A DNA stretch of 64,000 nt, from the NCBI GenBank assembly GCA_964016885.1, contig OZ024742.1, positions 273,544,001 to 273,608,000 of the forward strand, in the 5' to 3' direction. Below, piece by piece: positions 1 through 13,100 of this stretch; position 1 is the stretch's first letter; each line of letters begins with the position of its first letter. The DNA comes from Eledone cirrhosa. Lineage: Eukaryota. The position numbers and the translations under genes are program-made. Below the pieces are notes generated by a model. That model made no database searches, was not told the DNA's origin, and saw only the letters and a program-made list of their open reading frames with translations.

Positions 1-2773
1 TGATCTGAATAGGCGACCGTTTTAAAAAGTGGACAGCCCACACTATTTCTATCTATTTTCCTAATGAAGATTATGTCTATATACGATCTAGATGACCCCA
101 TTCGGTTGGTCCATGTCCATACTGGTACATTGGGGAAATATAGTCGATACCTGTCAGACAGTTGGAACTGGCTGAGTAGGTGCTTGAGGCTTTTGCACCC
201 CCCCCCCCGGCTCCTATCGGCTACTCCCACACAATCCCAGCGTGCGTCTAATATGCCATTCCAGTCCCCCGCTAACAGTAAAGGGCGAGACGTACCCAGA
301 AAGGTCTCCAGGCGCCTAAAGATGTCAGGTCGTCCGGCCCCTGCAGGGGCGTAGACGGCCAGCAGTCTAAAGGCACCACCTTCGCTACTGCTCACATCCA
401 AGACCACCAACTTACCGTCCGGGTCCCGGAAGATCGACCTTACCTCGAGATCCAGTCCTTTCCTAAACAGCACTGCCACCCCACAGCCCATTCCCGGCCT
501 GCTAACAGATGCGAAGATCTGATAGTCGTCGAAAATGGGGGCTAGTGCGCGCGTGTCGGAAATTTTGGTCTCGCTTACGGCAATCACATCCATTTCCAGC
601 GACCGGAGGTCGTTGAGCAGGCGACCCTGCTTCCAGGGTGACACCAGGCCGCGAACAGTTAAACTTCCTACTCTTAATATGGCCATATTGGTAAGCTAAG
701 AGAGAGAGAGAGAAGGTTTACTTACCTCCCGGGTCTTGTGAAGGTTGGGTGGTTCGACCTCCATGGTTGGAGGGGTTTCTTTTGGGAACCCCTTTAAAAG
801 TCTTGATGTGGGTTTCACATTCGGGTTTCCCACGTCTTGAGGAAAGCTCTCTCGAATTTCTTTGAAGGAATTGAGTGACATTCGGACCAGAAGCAAATCT
901 TCTGGCACGCAAAATGTGCTCATTTCAAAAATCTACCCCTCTGTTTGAATGTCCTCGCTTCGCGCTAAGAGGGCCATCAGTTTATCGTTGCAATTTTAGT
1001 TATTTGTGTGTTTATTTGTACTTGTGTTTGTTTAGGTTGTTTGCGTTTCGGGGATCGTGGAGGTGGTGTCGATGTTGCTGATGGTGCTGATGTTATTGGG
1101 GAAGTGTTTGCGTTAGTGGTGTCTGTATTTTTTGTTGTGTGTGTTTTTGTGTTTTGTTGGGGCTTTTTTTTTTGTGAGTTTTCTCTGTTTTTTTTGCACT
1201 TTTGGGTTTTCCTTCATCTTCGCTGCTGGAAGACAAAGGGTCTGTGTCGGCGAGTGTCTCTGTGTCTGTGTGTGCGTTTATTTTATTTTTTTTACTATGT
1301 GTATAATTGGGGGGGGGGGGGAGCTTTCCTCGTTTTCTCCTTGGATTGGTTTTGGTGTTGGTGGTGATCCGGCTGCTTTTGATGTTGGTGTCCGTGTTTT
1401 TGTTGATGTTTTTGGTGGTGGTGGTGGTGCAGCTTTCCGTGCTGACACTGGCGCTGGCAACAAAGGGGTCTGCGACTCCTGCATTTTTGCGCTGGGGGCA
1501 GAAGGCTTGAAGATGCGTTGCTTCCCCGCAAACGAAGCAGCGTGGCCTTCTTCCGTCAATAATAAGTTGGATTGTTGTCCCGTCCTGCAGGCGGGCAAAA
1601 TCTGGGATGTTATTCATATCCTCCGGTTTCATTTGGAGAAGAATCTCCAAATCCATTCCGGACCAGTCCTCTCTCTCTGTCCTTTTGATGTCCAGGAGGG
1701 TGGTGTCTGTTCCCTCCTCGATTACGCATCCCAGCAGCCACCATATGTTCATTCCTTGTGGGATGCTGGGAATGCGTACCTTCACTGTCCTTTTACCCAT
1801 ATAGGACGGATGCATGATAATGCGTTCCGTTCTGCAGGGGGTCACCGAGTGCTTAATAGCGAGGGCCTCGGTCTTGATCAGTACCGAGATGGTACCTAAC
1901 TGTTTGCCTCTTGCTTTGTACTCTATGTTACTTCCGATGTACTCCAAAGCAGCCTCTACCTCTGCTTGGCTCGCAAATTCCACTTTCCGTGTCTGCACCG
2001 AAATACATCGAAAGAGCACCGTCCTCCTTTGCATGGCCGCTATTGCCTCGTCCGGGATGGTCAGGTTTGCTCAGGACTTCTCCCGTTTAATTAGCCTCCA
2101 CGCTTTGGCCAACTGTTCGTCTTTATCGCTAATATCAATATCAATATTCAATAAGCGCTTTGTTTTTGCTGCTGCTGCAGCAAATGTGGTGATTCTGATG
2201 CTTTTATTGCTGTTGTTGTCATTCTTGCTGTTGCCACCGCCATCCTTGTTTACATTGAAGCTGTCTGTGTTATTGTCGTTATTGCTCTGAGTTGTTGTTG
2301 TTGTTGTTGTTGTGGTGGTGGTGGTGGTGGTGGTGGTGGTGGTGGTGGTGGTGGTGGTGGTGTCAGTGATGGTGATGTCGTTTTCAGATGATACTGCTGC
2401 TATGGCAGCAGGTTGTTTTGCCTTCACGTTCAGTAGAGTGGATGACAGGCATGACTGTAGCCGTCGTAGTCGTGGTGAAATCTGCAGTGGCTGCCTTTAA
2501 ACTTTTGACCTGAACGTTGTTTACCGTTTCAAGGTCGAAAATTTCATAATATTCTTTTGGTGGGGAAGCGATTTTTTTCGAAGTTTAAAAAAAATAAATC
2601 TGAATATTCGGGCTTAAAGCCCGAATATTGAGAGGTATCCCTCTCTTTAAATCAAGATGTGTACCTTAAGTTTCGTTAATGACAAGAAAATACAAAAAAA
2701 AAGACACTTTAAAACAGCTTAAAGCTACGAATCTTTTCCCCCGCAGACTTGTCTGTCTTCACACATGTGCGGC
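1..2773 (-). mobile_element. L1/Tx1-type non-LTR retrotransposon, family A copy 1 (5' UTR, ORF1, start of ORF2; runs off the window start)
   Basis: ORF1 pieces (1093-2034, 2071-2427, 696-923) contain the gag-like knuckle CFVCGEATHLQAFC. ORF2 ATG at 686 leads into an APE endonuclease. Near-identical to 18580-21452. 5' end abuts (AAT)n at 2774. Confidence 0.9.
696..2548 (-). pseudogene. Disrupted ORF1 (CCHC zinc-knuckle, gag-like) of Tx1-type family A
   Basis: CX2CX4HX4C motif and Thr/Asn/Pro low-complexity tracts. Broken frame and an internal deletion near 990 relative to the copy at 19266-21237. Confidence 0.8.
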
Positions 2774-2802
<29 letters not shown>

Positions 2803-2804
<2 letters not shown>

Positions 2805-3137
2805 GAGAGTGCAAGAGTAGGAGAGGGAGAAAATTAACCGATATCAGGACTTAAAGTGGGAGGTAAAAAGCATTTGGAACTGCCATGAAGTCAAAGTGAT
2901 CCCGATTGTCATAGGCGCACTAGGGACTATCTCAAAAGGTTTCCAGGGATGGTTAAAAAAAATTGGCCCCTTCACGCTTTTTGGAACGCTTCAAGAGGTA
3001 TGCTTGCTGGGAACAGCAAGAACCCTCCGACACGTCCTGAATATCTGGGGCTGCAGGTAGTGGCTTGATATTCATTTCAACAAACTTTTCAGTTAACTAA
3101 CGTCAATGACTGAGACTCAAAGAACAATAATAATAAT
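2803..3137 (+). mobile_element. R4/Dong-type (RLE) non-LTR retrotransposon 3' fragment with (AAT)n tail
   Basis: Translates as EKINRYQDLKWEVKSIWNCHEVKVIPIVIGALGTISK...CLLGTARTLRHVL (RLE C-terminus). 3' UTR 'gcttgatattcatttcaacaaac...gactgagactcaaagaac' is shared with four other copies and followed by (AAT)n. Confidence 0.85.
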
Positions 3138-3200
3138 TGTTTCTACTTTAGGCACAAGGCCAGCAAATACCCAGTGCAATTGTTTTTACTTTTGGCACAA
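3133..3200 (-). mobile_element. SINE 3'-tail fragments
   Basis: Reverse complement matches the 'ccttgtgccaaaagtagaaacaattat' tail of the SINE at 36832-37009. The motif occurs twice here. Confidence 0.55.
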
Positions 3201-3209
3201 AGACAGCAA

Positions 3210-6200
3210 TTACCGCATTGGCCACAAGGGCTAACACGAAGAAAAACATTACAGGCGGCACAGAACAGTACAGGAAGATGCAAACTGGGTTTTGGTCGTG
3301 TAAACAAGTTATAACAAGATAGAAATCGGGATAGAAATTTAAACATAATTCAAACAACAGAAATTCCCCAAAAGGTGAAACGTCCGAGAGTCACTCGCGT
3401 CCAAAACCACACAAAAGACCACGGCCACCCTGACCACCAGGGCAAGCACCCTCTCTCAGTTTTCCAATCGTCAGTCTACAGGCGAATGCTCAGAGCGGCC
3501 CCGTTCACCCGGACCAGACTCGCTACTTTCACCCACCTTTCAAGAAACTTACTAGAAGACAGCATTTGCCTCTCCACCCTGATTTTCCTCTTCAAGTGAA
3601 ACTTGAAAACATTAATCATGTATTCGCCGGAGAGGAATGTGTTCATCTTCAAAACTTTCAAGCTTGTCAACTAAAAAATCTCTTTCGCCATGGTCACCAA
3701 GCAGATGAACATTGTGTGCCCTTCCTCCTCCATGAAGCAAGATAGTGGGGCTATCTTCACAATGGATTCAGTCGATAACCAGATCCGTCCTATACGCGAC
3801 AGCGACTGTTTGACATAGGACGGTTTACTCGTCCGGTGCACTTCTCGGACAGGCTCGGCTGACAACACCTCCATGCCTGTAAATCTTATTCCAAAGCCTG
3901 CAACGGTCCCCGCTAGCGCTGCCAGGTCAGGGATTTCTGGATGTTGTCCATAGGGTCCGGGCTGAAAGTTCTCTCGAAAAGAGCGAACAGCTGATCGTCT
4001 TCGACGCCCAGGGTCTCCCCGAGAATGACATCACTCTTCCCCTCCAACAGTCCTCTATAGAACGCCGAGGTGGATGTTCCACCGACAATAGTGTCCAGCT
4101 GGTAGAAGTCGTGAGCGCTTGGAGACATTCCAGCTACCAAACTCTATCCCTTGGTCTTTTTCTGATCCGGGAAAAGACGAGCTGGAGAAAAGTGAGTCAG
4201 GCAAATGGCGACCACAATTGTTCACCGTCAAAGAAGAGCCAGAGATGTCGCAGTCTCAAGCGTGTTTGCCTAGTCCTCCAAGCAATGGGTGTTGACAGCA
4301 GATGGATCGTCTGACCATGGGCGCACGTCCTTTTCACAAAAGATAAGGCGTACCATTATGGTCAGATTTGGGCGCGGGCAAGGTACGACGGTCAGGCGGT
4401 AGAAGATGACGGAAGCGATATATGCATTCGCCACCTCCGCCCGACCATTCAGAGACAGCTTCCTCTCATCCCATTTCTGGGTGAGATTGTCCACCCTGCT
4501 CATCACCTTACTCCAGTTTTTCTCCATCCGGACTGAACAAGAACCCGAGCAATTTAACCGGTTCTTCCGTCCAGTGCCCCACGAGGCTGTCGGATGGCAT
4601 GGACTTGCCTCTGCAGGTGACGAGTTGCAAGCCCACCGACTTTTTCTGGTTTATCTTTGCTCCTGTCACCGCCTCGTATTCCTTGAGAGCAGTGCCGAGC
4701 ATCTGGACGTGTTTGGTGCTCGGCACCCCCACGGTGACATCCTCGGCGTAAGCTGACACGGATCTCCCGCATCTCAGTTCGCGTAGGAACCCCTAAATCT
4801 TCTCCAATTTCCGCAGTAACGGCTCGCGGGCCAATACGTACAAGAAGTACGAGAGGAGAGAACCCTGGTGAACCGAGCGCATGTCCCTGAATGGCTGCGA
4901 CTGGTGATAATACACCCTCACAATCGAGCAGATGGCACTGTGCATCACAGCAATCCAGCCCCTAAAACCGGATACGAATCTGGCCGGCTCGAGGACCTAT
5001 CAAATGCTTTAGATTGATCCAAGTTGGGCAGGGACCCACACGTGCCAGGTTCCTTAACCACCCTCTCTATGATGTATATCATGAGACAGAGCTTGCGGTG
5101 GGTGTTTCTCTCCGGAATGTCGCATGTCTGTGCCTCTCCCACCAGATCACCGACAAAAAGAGCCGATCTCTTTGCTAACACATTTGACAAAATATCGAAC
5201 AATGCGTTTAGCAGAGTTATGGCCTGAATTTGTTTAGCACATTTATGGCCATAGTTATGGCATGATGCTGAAAGGCTGCGAAGGTGACCATTCACCCTTA
5301 AAATCGAAGCGATCCAGCTCCTGAAAATGGGCCCAAAACCCTCCCCCTCGAGGACCGCCACCAGGTACCGATGTTCTACCCTATCAAATGCCTTAGATTG
5401 ATCTAATTTGACCAGGGGCTCACTCATGTCAGGTTCCGTAAACACCCTCTCTATGATGTATCGGATGAAGTGGAGGTTGTTGTGGATGGATCTGTCTGGA
5501 ATGGCGCATGTCTGCGCCTTTCCTACCAGATTACCAACGACAAGTGCGAACCTCGTTGCTAACACTTTCGCCAAAATCTTGAAATCTGTGTTTAACAGGG
5601 TTATGGGCCTGAAATTGTCTATAACGTCCCCCTTGTTCGGGTCTTTTCTCAACAGCGCCACCGCTCCCCGGTTCACAAAACTGGAAATGTACCCGTTCTG
5701 CAAAGACGTCTGCCAAGAATTCGCCGGACAAGTCTAGCAATTGCGCATAAAGTTCGTAGGGTAGACCATCCAAAACTGGTGATTTGCCCCTCGTGCAATT
5801 ACACATCGCTTCCCATATTTGACCTGTTGTTATCGGCTTTTTAATTCACTGCGCTGCGGTCGGCGATAGCCGCTGCAGTCCGTCGAGGTATGTATAGAAC
5901 GCTATACTCCGAACCGGCCCGCCGCCTCCCCTGAACAATTGAGCAAATTGCTGTTGAAAAACCGCTCACATCTGCTCGGGATCGAGCAACATGCGCCCGT
6001 TTTAAATCATACAAAGACCGAGTTGTTGATTTGTTCCCACGTCGGTCCTCCACTACCCGGGCCCATTGAACGGGTTCGTCCCCTCGTGTCTCGGAGCAAT
6101 TGCTCTGGCTCTGAGAACGCAGCGCTCATGTTTTGCGTTGATGAATTGGTCGAGAGCCATTTTCGCCGCAAGCACTTCGGTTGTTATACCTGTCCTAAAC

Positions 6201-8440
6201 AGATCTTCTAGCTTTCTATCTATCTCACCCTCTACTCTATTCTCCTCTCTCACTATTATTTGCTGAACCTTATCGATTCTACTCTAATAGCCCTTTTCAG
6301 TGTAAACCACCACCTGTTGTTGACGATCGCACCCGTCAAAGCACGCTTAACTAATTCGCTAATTCGGTCTCTGTAAACTTTACGCCCCGAGAACGACGCG
6401 TTCAGCTTCCAGTAACCGGGTCCTTGCCTATGGAGTCTATCTAAGTCAACTTCACAGATCACAAGTTTGGTGTCTGTCCATATAGTCGACTACTTTAAAT
6501 TGTGGACAACCTACGCTAGCCTTATCTGTTTGCCTACAGAATACCTTATCTAAAAACGATCTGGATGACCCGATGCGGTTTGCCCATGTCCACATTGGCA
6601 CATTCGGATAATCCAGCCTGTACCTCTCTGAGAGTTCAAAATGTCTGAGCAGGTAGTTGAGGCTTTTACATCCCCCTTCCCTCTCTGCTATACCCACATA
6701 ATCCCAACGTGCATCTAAGATACCGTTCCCACTAACATTAAAGCGTGGGACGTTCCAAGAAAAGTCTCTTGACGTCTGAACAAATGTGACCGTCCTGCCC
6801 CCTTTGAGGCGTAGACGGCTACTAGCGTGAAAGCATTGCCTTCATGGCCGGATACGTCCACCACCAACGATTGCCTTCTGGGTCCAGGAAGATGGCCCGT
6901 ATGGCGAGATCCAAGTCTCTCAGAAAACGCGCCGCATCTCTTCCCACCGATCCCAGAAGGCTGGGAGATCCGTATGCATGGTGGCCGTGGAAAATGTGTG
7001 CGAAGGTAAGTGCTTTGGAGATTCTGGTCTCGCTGATGGCCACCACACCTATGTTTAGTGACCTGAGGCCGTTCAGCATGTGAGTAAGTGAGAAAGGATC
7101 ACTTACCTTGATCGTGTGGAGAAAAGACAGTAGAACCTTCACTTCAGCTGGTTATGGGTGTCTCCAAGATGATATCTGTGTAAATGCTTTTGGAGAGTGA
7201 CCATCTGAAATCCCCAACTGCTTTGAGGAATTTTTGTTTTAACTGTGTATAATCTTCCATTTTAATTTCGACAATGTTAATAGTGTTTAGTTATGTTCTT
7301 GGTGTTGGTGGGGTTTTGTAATTTATGTCTGTAATGTCTGTGTGTTGCTGTATAAGTTCCATTAATTGTTTGTTTGCGATGTTTATGGGCGTGTAATTTA
7401 TTTTCCTGGATTTTAGTATCGTTACTGATTTGTGCTGTTGCTGTTGTGTGTGTGTGTGCTTTGTTGTGCTTGCGATGTTGGTGTTGGTTGTGATGCTGGT
7501 TGTGGAGTGGTTACTGTTGATGGTGTTGGTTTTGGTGTGGTTGTTGTTAATGGTGATGCTGGTGGTGGTGTGGTTTTTATTTAGTGGTGTTGTTTATGGT
7601 GGTGTGGTTGTTGTTGGTTGTGATGCTGGTGGTCGTGTGGTTGTTGTTGGTGGTGTTGGCGTTGGTGTGGTTGTTGTTGGTGGTAATGCTGGCGGTGGTG
7701 TGGTTGTTCGTAGTGGTGTTGCTTGAGGTGGTGTGGTTGTTGTTGGTTGTGATGTTGGTGTTGGTGTGATTGTTGTTGTTGAAAATGATGCTTGATGTTG
7801 ATGGTGGTGGTGTTGCTGCGAGTCACCTTGCGGCTTTTTCCCCTCTTTCTTTGCCCTCGCATTTGGAGAGCGAAGCTGCGTTGCTTTTGCGTTTGTATTT
7901 GTTCTCTTGCAAACAGTTTTTCACTCCTCTGCCGCATCATGCTGCATGTCCGACTGTGATAGTTCGGGGAGGGCTATGAGATCTACCCTCACAGTTGAGT
8001 TTGTTGTTGTTGTTGGTGGTGGTGGGGGTACAGCCTAATCCGCCGTTCTTGGCACAGGTCAGCTAGTGCAATGGTTTCTTTTGCATGCAGTTGCCGTCGC
8101 TGTTTTTGGTGTCCGTGGTTTTGATCGTTGTCCTTCAAATCTATGCATACGCTCCCGATCATTTCGCTGTCAGCTCTGATTCAAATGGTAGTGGTTCTGG
8201 CGTTGGAAGGAGAGGGACCTTCGCTTTTGTTATTTTCTGTGGGCAGAAGGCCCTGAGGTGAGACTTCGATCCACAGTTGAAGAACTTCGGTCCTCTTCTT
8301 TCCACAGATAGGGAAGTTGGGAGACATTCCCAAGGTCTATTACGTCGTGAATAGAGCTGATGCAGTCCTGATCGGTTTGGATGGCATCTCCTCCATTCCA
8401 ATAACAGACCAGTCCTCTCTCCCCAAATTCTGTACTTGAT
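3210..8440 (-). mobile_element. Decayed L1/Tx1-type retrotransposon, family B
   Basis: APE remnants (6452-7142), RT remnants (FRPITLLNTDFKILAK, LDQSKAFDRV, SAYAEDVTV) and C-terminal remnants. ORF1 knuckle NCGSKSHLRAFC near 8240-8285. Many stops and frameshifts. 3' motif 'ggccacaaggg' resembles the other copies. Confidence 0.85.
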
Positions 8441-8444
8441 CCTC

Positions 8445-8504
8445 GATGGACCGCCTGATGGACCGCCTGATGGACCGCTTGATGGACCGCCTGATAGACC
8501 GCCT
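8445..8504 (+). repeat. Five copies of a 12-bp unit (gatggaccgcct) at an element junction
   Basis: Read directly. The unit is ORF2 sequence that occurs once in sibling copies (about 11290 and 16742). Confidence 0.85.
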
Positions 8505-10004
8505 CTATATCAGAGCGCCTCCCTTCTACAAAAGGCGAAAGAGCAAACGCTCCAGCGCAGTCAGGCGAGGCTTCGGACAAGGCACAGCGGCCGGGTGGTA
8601 TTAGATGATAGACAGGATGTACGCATTCACCACCTACGCTCGACCTTTCAGGGATAGCTTCCTCCCTGCACATTTCTGGGTGAGAGAAGCTAACCTGCTC
8701 GTCACCTCGTCCCAGTTTTTTGTCCGTCTGGAGATCCGGACCGAATCAGACCACTAGCAATTTAATCGGTCCGTCCGTCCAGCGTCTGCCGACGCTGTTG
8801 GACAGCATGGACCTGCCTCTCCGGGTGCTGAGCTGCAGGCCCACCGACTTTTCCTAGTTGATCATTGCTCCTGTCACCGCCTCGTATTCTCTTATTCGCG
8901 GCAGTCCATCGTGGTAGGCACTGAGGTCCATCCCTCTATCCGGCCCGCCGCTTCCCCCAAAAATCTGAGCGAAGTGTCTCTGAAAAGCTTCACACATTTG
9001 CTCGTTATCGAGCACCATGCGTACCTCGTGGTCCACCAAATACCGTATCAAGGCTTTGTTGCCACGACGTGCCTCCGCCACTCGGGCCCATTGAACGGCT
9101 TTCGTCCCCTCGTATCTGAGAACACGCACCCTAGCTCTGACACCGCAGCCTTCGTGCTTTGCATTGAAGAATTGGTCAAGGACCAAATTCGCCGGAAGTA
9201 CGTCGGTCGCGATGCCTTTACTAAGCGCCTCGTCCAATTTTCTAACTAGCTTTGCCTCTACTCTATTTTTCTCTATTGCTAAAGTCTTACTAAACCTAAT
9301 CAACTCTATTCTAATCGCTCTTTTCAGTGCTAACCCCCATTTGTTGTTGGCGATGGCCCCCGTCAACGCACGCTTAACTAGTTCGCTAATCCGTTCTCTG
9401 TAGGCCTTCTGCGCTGTTAATGACGTGTTTAGCTTCCAGTAGCCGGGTCCCTGTCTATGAAGCCTATCTAACTCAAACTCACAGATCACAAATTTGTGGT
9501 CCGTGTAGTCGACTATTTTGAATTGTGGACAGCCTATGCTAGACCTATCTATTTCCCTACAAAATACCCTATCTGTATATGATCTGGATGACCCAATGCG
9601 ATTTGACCATGTCCACATTGGCACATTCAGGATATCCAGACGGTACCTGTCAGACAGTTGAAACCGTCTGAGCAGGTTTGCAAGGCTTTTACACCCTCCT
9701 CCCTTATTCACTAATCCCAAACAGTCCCAGCGTGCATCTGAGATCCCGTTCCAGTCTCTCACTAACAATAAAGAGTGGGACGTTCCAAGAGAGGTCTCCA
9801 GACACCGGAAGAAATCAGGCCGCCCTTCTCCTGTTTGGGCATAGACGGCCACTAGACTGAACACTTGCCCGTCTCCGCTGGTCACGTCCAGCACCACCAG
9901 CTTACATTCTGGGTCCAGGAAGATGGCCCGTAGGGCGATATCCAAGCCTCTCCTAAATAGCACAGCAACTCCTCCTCCCGATCCAGGAGAGTTGGGAGAT
10001 GCGT
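8505..10004 (-). mobile_element. Internally deleted Tx1-type ORF2 fragment (APE and linker fused to the post-RT region)
   Basis: ORF 8854-10050 reads as APE and linker up to YHDGLPR, then jumps to IREYEAVTGAMIN, so the RT core is missing. Similar to family D (11310-11690 and 12530-13640). Confidence 0.8.
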
Positions 10005-10100
10005 ATACATCCTGAATATCTGAGTCTGCAGGTAGTGGCTTGATATTCATTTCAACAAACTTTCCAGTTACCTAACATCAATGACTGAGACTCAAAGAAC

Positions 10101-10145
<45 letters not shown>
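10005..10145 (+). mobile_element. R4/Dong-type extreme 3' fragment with long (AAT)n tail
   Basis: Same 3' UTR as 3040-3137 and 23630-23740, followed by about 15 AAT units. Confidence 0.85.
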
Positions 10146-10146
<1 letters not shown>

Positions 10147-13100
10147 TTTTCTTTATTAACCACAAGGGTTTACATAAAGTAGACATTAAGGACAGTACAG
10201 GACAATACAGGACGGTACAAAAGGGCATTTCTGCGTGTAAAAAAAACAGAGGTTGAAATAAAATAACAAAGAAAAATTCCCTAATAGGGGGGAGACTTCC
10301 GAGGGACATTTGTGGAGAAAGCCCATTAAAAGACCACAGTGGCCCTGACCACCAGGGCAAGTGCCCTCTCCCAGTTTTCCACCTTTAATTTACAGACACA
10401 TACTCAGAGAAGGCCCATTCATTCGGGCCATACTTGCTTCTCTCACCCATCTTTCAACAAAATGCTGGGAAGAGAGCACTTCCCTCTCTACCCTGATTTT
10501 CCTTTTCAAATGAAATTTGAAAAAGTTAATCAGGGCATCACCGAAGAGGTAAGTGCCCGTCTTCAGCCCTTTCAAACGTGCCCACCATACTATCTCTTTC
10601 GCCATGGCCACCAGACAGATAAAAACTGCTTGCCCTTCCCGGCTAAAGGAAGGGGGCGGGGCAATCCTCACGATGGACTCAGCTGATAGCTGGATCCATC
10701 CTACACCCGACAGCAGGTGTTCGACATAAACCCACAAGTCAGCAATTCTCGGACACTGGACGAGTGCGTGCAGGACGGTCGTCGCCGTGCACGCATCTTG
10801 GACATGCCCGGCTGACTTCAGCTCCGTGCCTGTAGAGTTTATTCTGAACTGGAAAAGCTCTTCGGTAGCACTGCCAGGCCAGGGATTTCTGGGAGTTGTC
10901 CATAGGCCCCGGCCCGAAAGTTCTTCCGAAGAGATTCGCTAGTTGATTTTCGTCGACGCCTAGAGTTTCCCCAAGTACGTCGTAGATCTTCCCCTCCACT
11001 AATCCTCTATAGAACGCCGAGGTGGAGTTTCCACCGATCACATTGCCCGATTGGTCGAGAGTGTGAGCGCCTGAAGACATTCCAGCCTCCAAGCGCTCTC
11101 TCTCGGTCTTCGCTTGACCCAGGACTGCAGCTCCGTCAAGTAGACGAGCTGGGGAAAGACGCATCTAGCAAACAGCGACCACGCCTGATCACCGTCGAGG
11201 AAGAGGTGGAGATATCGTAGCCTGAGCGTGTGTCTGCGCATCATCAGCCAGGGCATGCCCAGGCCTCCACGTAGCGGGTGTTGACAGCAGATGGACCGCC
11301 TGACCATCGGAGCGCGTCCCTTTCACAAAAAGCGAAAGAGCAAACGCTCCAGCGCAGTCAGTTGGGGTTTAGGACAAAGTACGACGACCAGGCGGTAGTA
11401 GATCACCGACGCGATGTACGCGTTAGCCACCTCCGCTCGACCTTTCAGGGATAGCTTCCTCTCCGCCCATTTCTGGGTGAGAGAGTACCACCCTGCTCGT
11501 CACCTCGTCCCAGAATTTATCCGTCTGGAGGTCCGGATCGAACAAGACCACTAGCAATTTAACCGGTCCTTCCGTCCAGCGCCCGGGACGCTGTTGGATG
11601 GCATGGACCTGCCTCTCCAGGTGCCGAGCTGAAGGCCCGCTGAATTTTCCTTGTTGATCATTGCTCCTGTCAGCGCTTCGTATTATCTTAGTGTAGAGCC
11701 GATCGCTTCGATGTGTTTGGCGTTCGACACCTCTACGGTGACATCGTCCGCATATGCTACACGGATCTTCCGCTTCCTAGTTCGCGCGAGAATCCCCTCA
11801 ACGTCTCCAGTTTGTGCACTAAGGGCTCGAGAATCAATACGTACAAGAGGAACGAGAGGGGACATCCTTGGCGGACCGAGCGCATGATGTTGAATAGTTC
11901 CAAAAGTGACCGTTCACTCTCACCACAGAGGAGATGTCGCTTTGCTGGCAGCGATCCAACACCTGAAGAGGGGACCAAAGCCAGCTGCCCTCAGGACTGC
12001 CGCTAGGTAATGATGGTCGACCCAATCGAAAGCTTTCGAAGGATCTAAATTGATCAAGGACCCACCCGTGCCAGGTTCCCTACCTACCCTCTCTACGATG
12101 TATCGCATGAGGTGGAGGTTCTCGTGGATGGATCTGTCGGGAATGGCGTATGTCTGCACCTCTCCCACCAGACCACTAACGACAAGCGCCAACCGCTTTG
12201 CTAGCACCTTGGCCAAAATCTTGAACTCTGTGTTTAGCAGGGTTATGGGCCTAAAATTATCTATGTTATCCCCCTTGTTCGGATCCTTTCTCAGCAGCGC
12301 CACAGCTCCTCGGCTCACAGAGCTGGGAATGCTCCTGTTCTGTTGCCAGTTGCAGTAGACGTCCGGCAAGAGGCCTCCAAACAAGTCTGGCATCTGTACA
12401 CAAAGTTCATAGAGCAGACCATCCAAAGCAGGCGATTTACCCCTTATGCAGCCAGTCATTGCCTCCCATACTTCAGCGGCTGTTATCGGCTTTTCGCAAC
12501 ACTCCGCCTCAGTGGCCGTGAGCCGCGGCAGTCCGTCGAGGTAGACACTAAAATCCATCCCTCGATCAGGCCCGCCGCTGCCCCCGAACAGCTGAGCGAA
12601 GTGTCGCTGAAAAACTTTACACATTTGCCCTAGATCGAGTAGCATGCGCCCGTCTTGGTCCACCAAAGACCGGATCGTGGCTTTGTTGCCACGACGCCCC
12701 TCCGCCACTCTGTCCCATTGAACGGCTTTCGTCACCTCGTGTCTGAGAGCACGCACCCTAGCTCTGACAACGCAGCCTTCGTGCTTTGCATTGAAGAATT
12801 GGTCAAGGGCCAATTTCGCCGCAAGTACGTCGGTCGCGATGCCTTTGCTCAGCGCCTCGTCTAATTTTCTAACTAGTTCTCCCTCTGCTCTATTTTTCTC
12901 TATTGCTAAAGCCTTACTAAACCTAATGGACTCTATTCTAATCGCTCTTTTCATAGCAAACCATCGCTTGTTGTGGACGATGGCCCCCGTCAACGCCCGC
13001 ACAACTCGTTCGCTAATCCGGTCTCTCTAAGCCTTACGCGCTGGTAAGGACGCGTTTAGCTTCCAGTAGCCGGGTTCTCGTCTATGAAGCCTATCTAACT

